Origin: an uncultured Actinomycetes bacterium
Lineage (GTDB): Bacteria; Actinomycetota; Actinomycetes; Nanopelagicales; Nanopelagicaceae
Direction of reading: 5' to 3'
DNA length: 43,216 bases
Assembly (NCBI GenBank): GCA_903894425.1
Contig: CAITQC010000002.1
Location: 1-43,216 of the forward strand
Shown: positions 43,136-43,216 of the stretch, piece after piece
Numbering within the stretch: position 1 is the stretch's first letter
Layout of the letters: each line of letters opens with the position of its first letter
Translations under genes and position numbers: made by a program
Notes under the pieces: generated by a model
Told to the model about the DNA's origin: nothing
What the model saw: only the letters and a program-made list of their open reading frames with translations
Database searches by the model: none

Positions 43136-43216
43136 ATGAATCATGACAATGGCCTCTTAGCCCTTGTCGGTTCAGGAGAGTATTTACCAGAAATGCAGGA
43201 GTTCGAAACCGGGCTC
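43136..43216 (+). CDS. 5' fragment of a probable peptidase S51/cyanophycinase-like protein (partial)
   Basis: MNHDNGLLALVGSGEYLPEMQEFETGL..., open to the window end; only 27 codons visible. Confidence 0.5.
   Translation, partial: MNHDNGLLALVGSGEYLPEMQEFETGL

Overview
A gene-dense, roughly 45-48% GC (estimated by eye) chromosomal segment of an actinobacterium. Gene order, tiny intergenic gaps and shortened proteins suggest a streamlined freshwater lineage such as acI/Nanopelagicales (inference). The backbone is the conserved actinobacterial order rplM-rpsI-glmM-glmS-acpS-alr ... tsaE-tsaB-rimI-tsaD-groES-groEL-whiB3-guaB-guaB3-guaA ... pcrA-sucCD-perM-purNH-folD-mdh-icd. Two accessory blocks interrupt it. 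(1) A ~14.8 kb block between alr and tsaE (5878-20631) holds two complete LIV/HAAT-type ABC importers, a secreted serine hydrolase, a cytoplasmic alpha/beta hydrolase, 3-hydroxybutyrate dehydrogenase and acetoacetate-CoA ligase. It is a candidate system for scavenging 3-hydroxybutyrate or PHB-derived oligomers/esters. (2) A Phd/RelE-type toxin-antitoxin pair with a TGTACA operator lies between tsaD and groES. Also notable are a CarH/LitR-like B12-binding MerR regulator divergent from whiB3 with tandem direct repeats over the whiB3 promoter, many apparently leaderless promoters (some -10 boxes built on the upstream stop codon), and exported proteins that all lack a lipobox. No rRNA, tRNA, CRISPR array, integrase or transposase was seen. 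All functional calls come from motif recognition and synteny; no database search was run.
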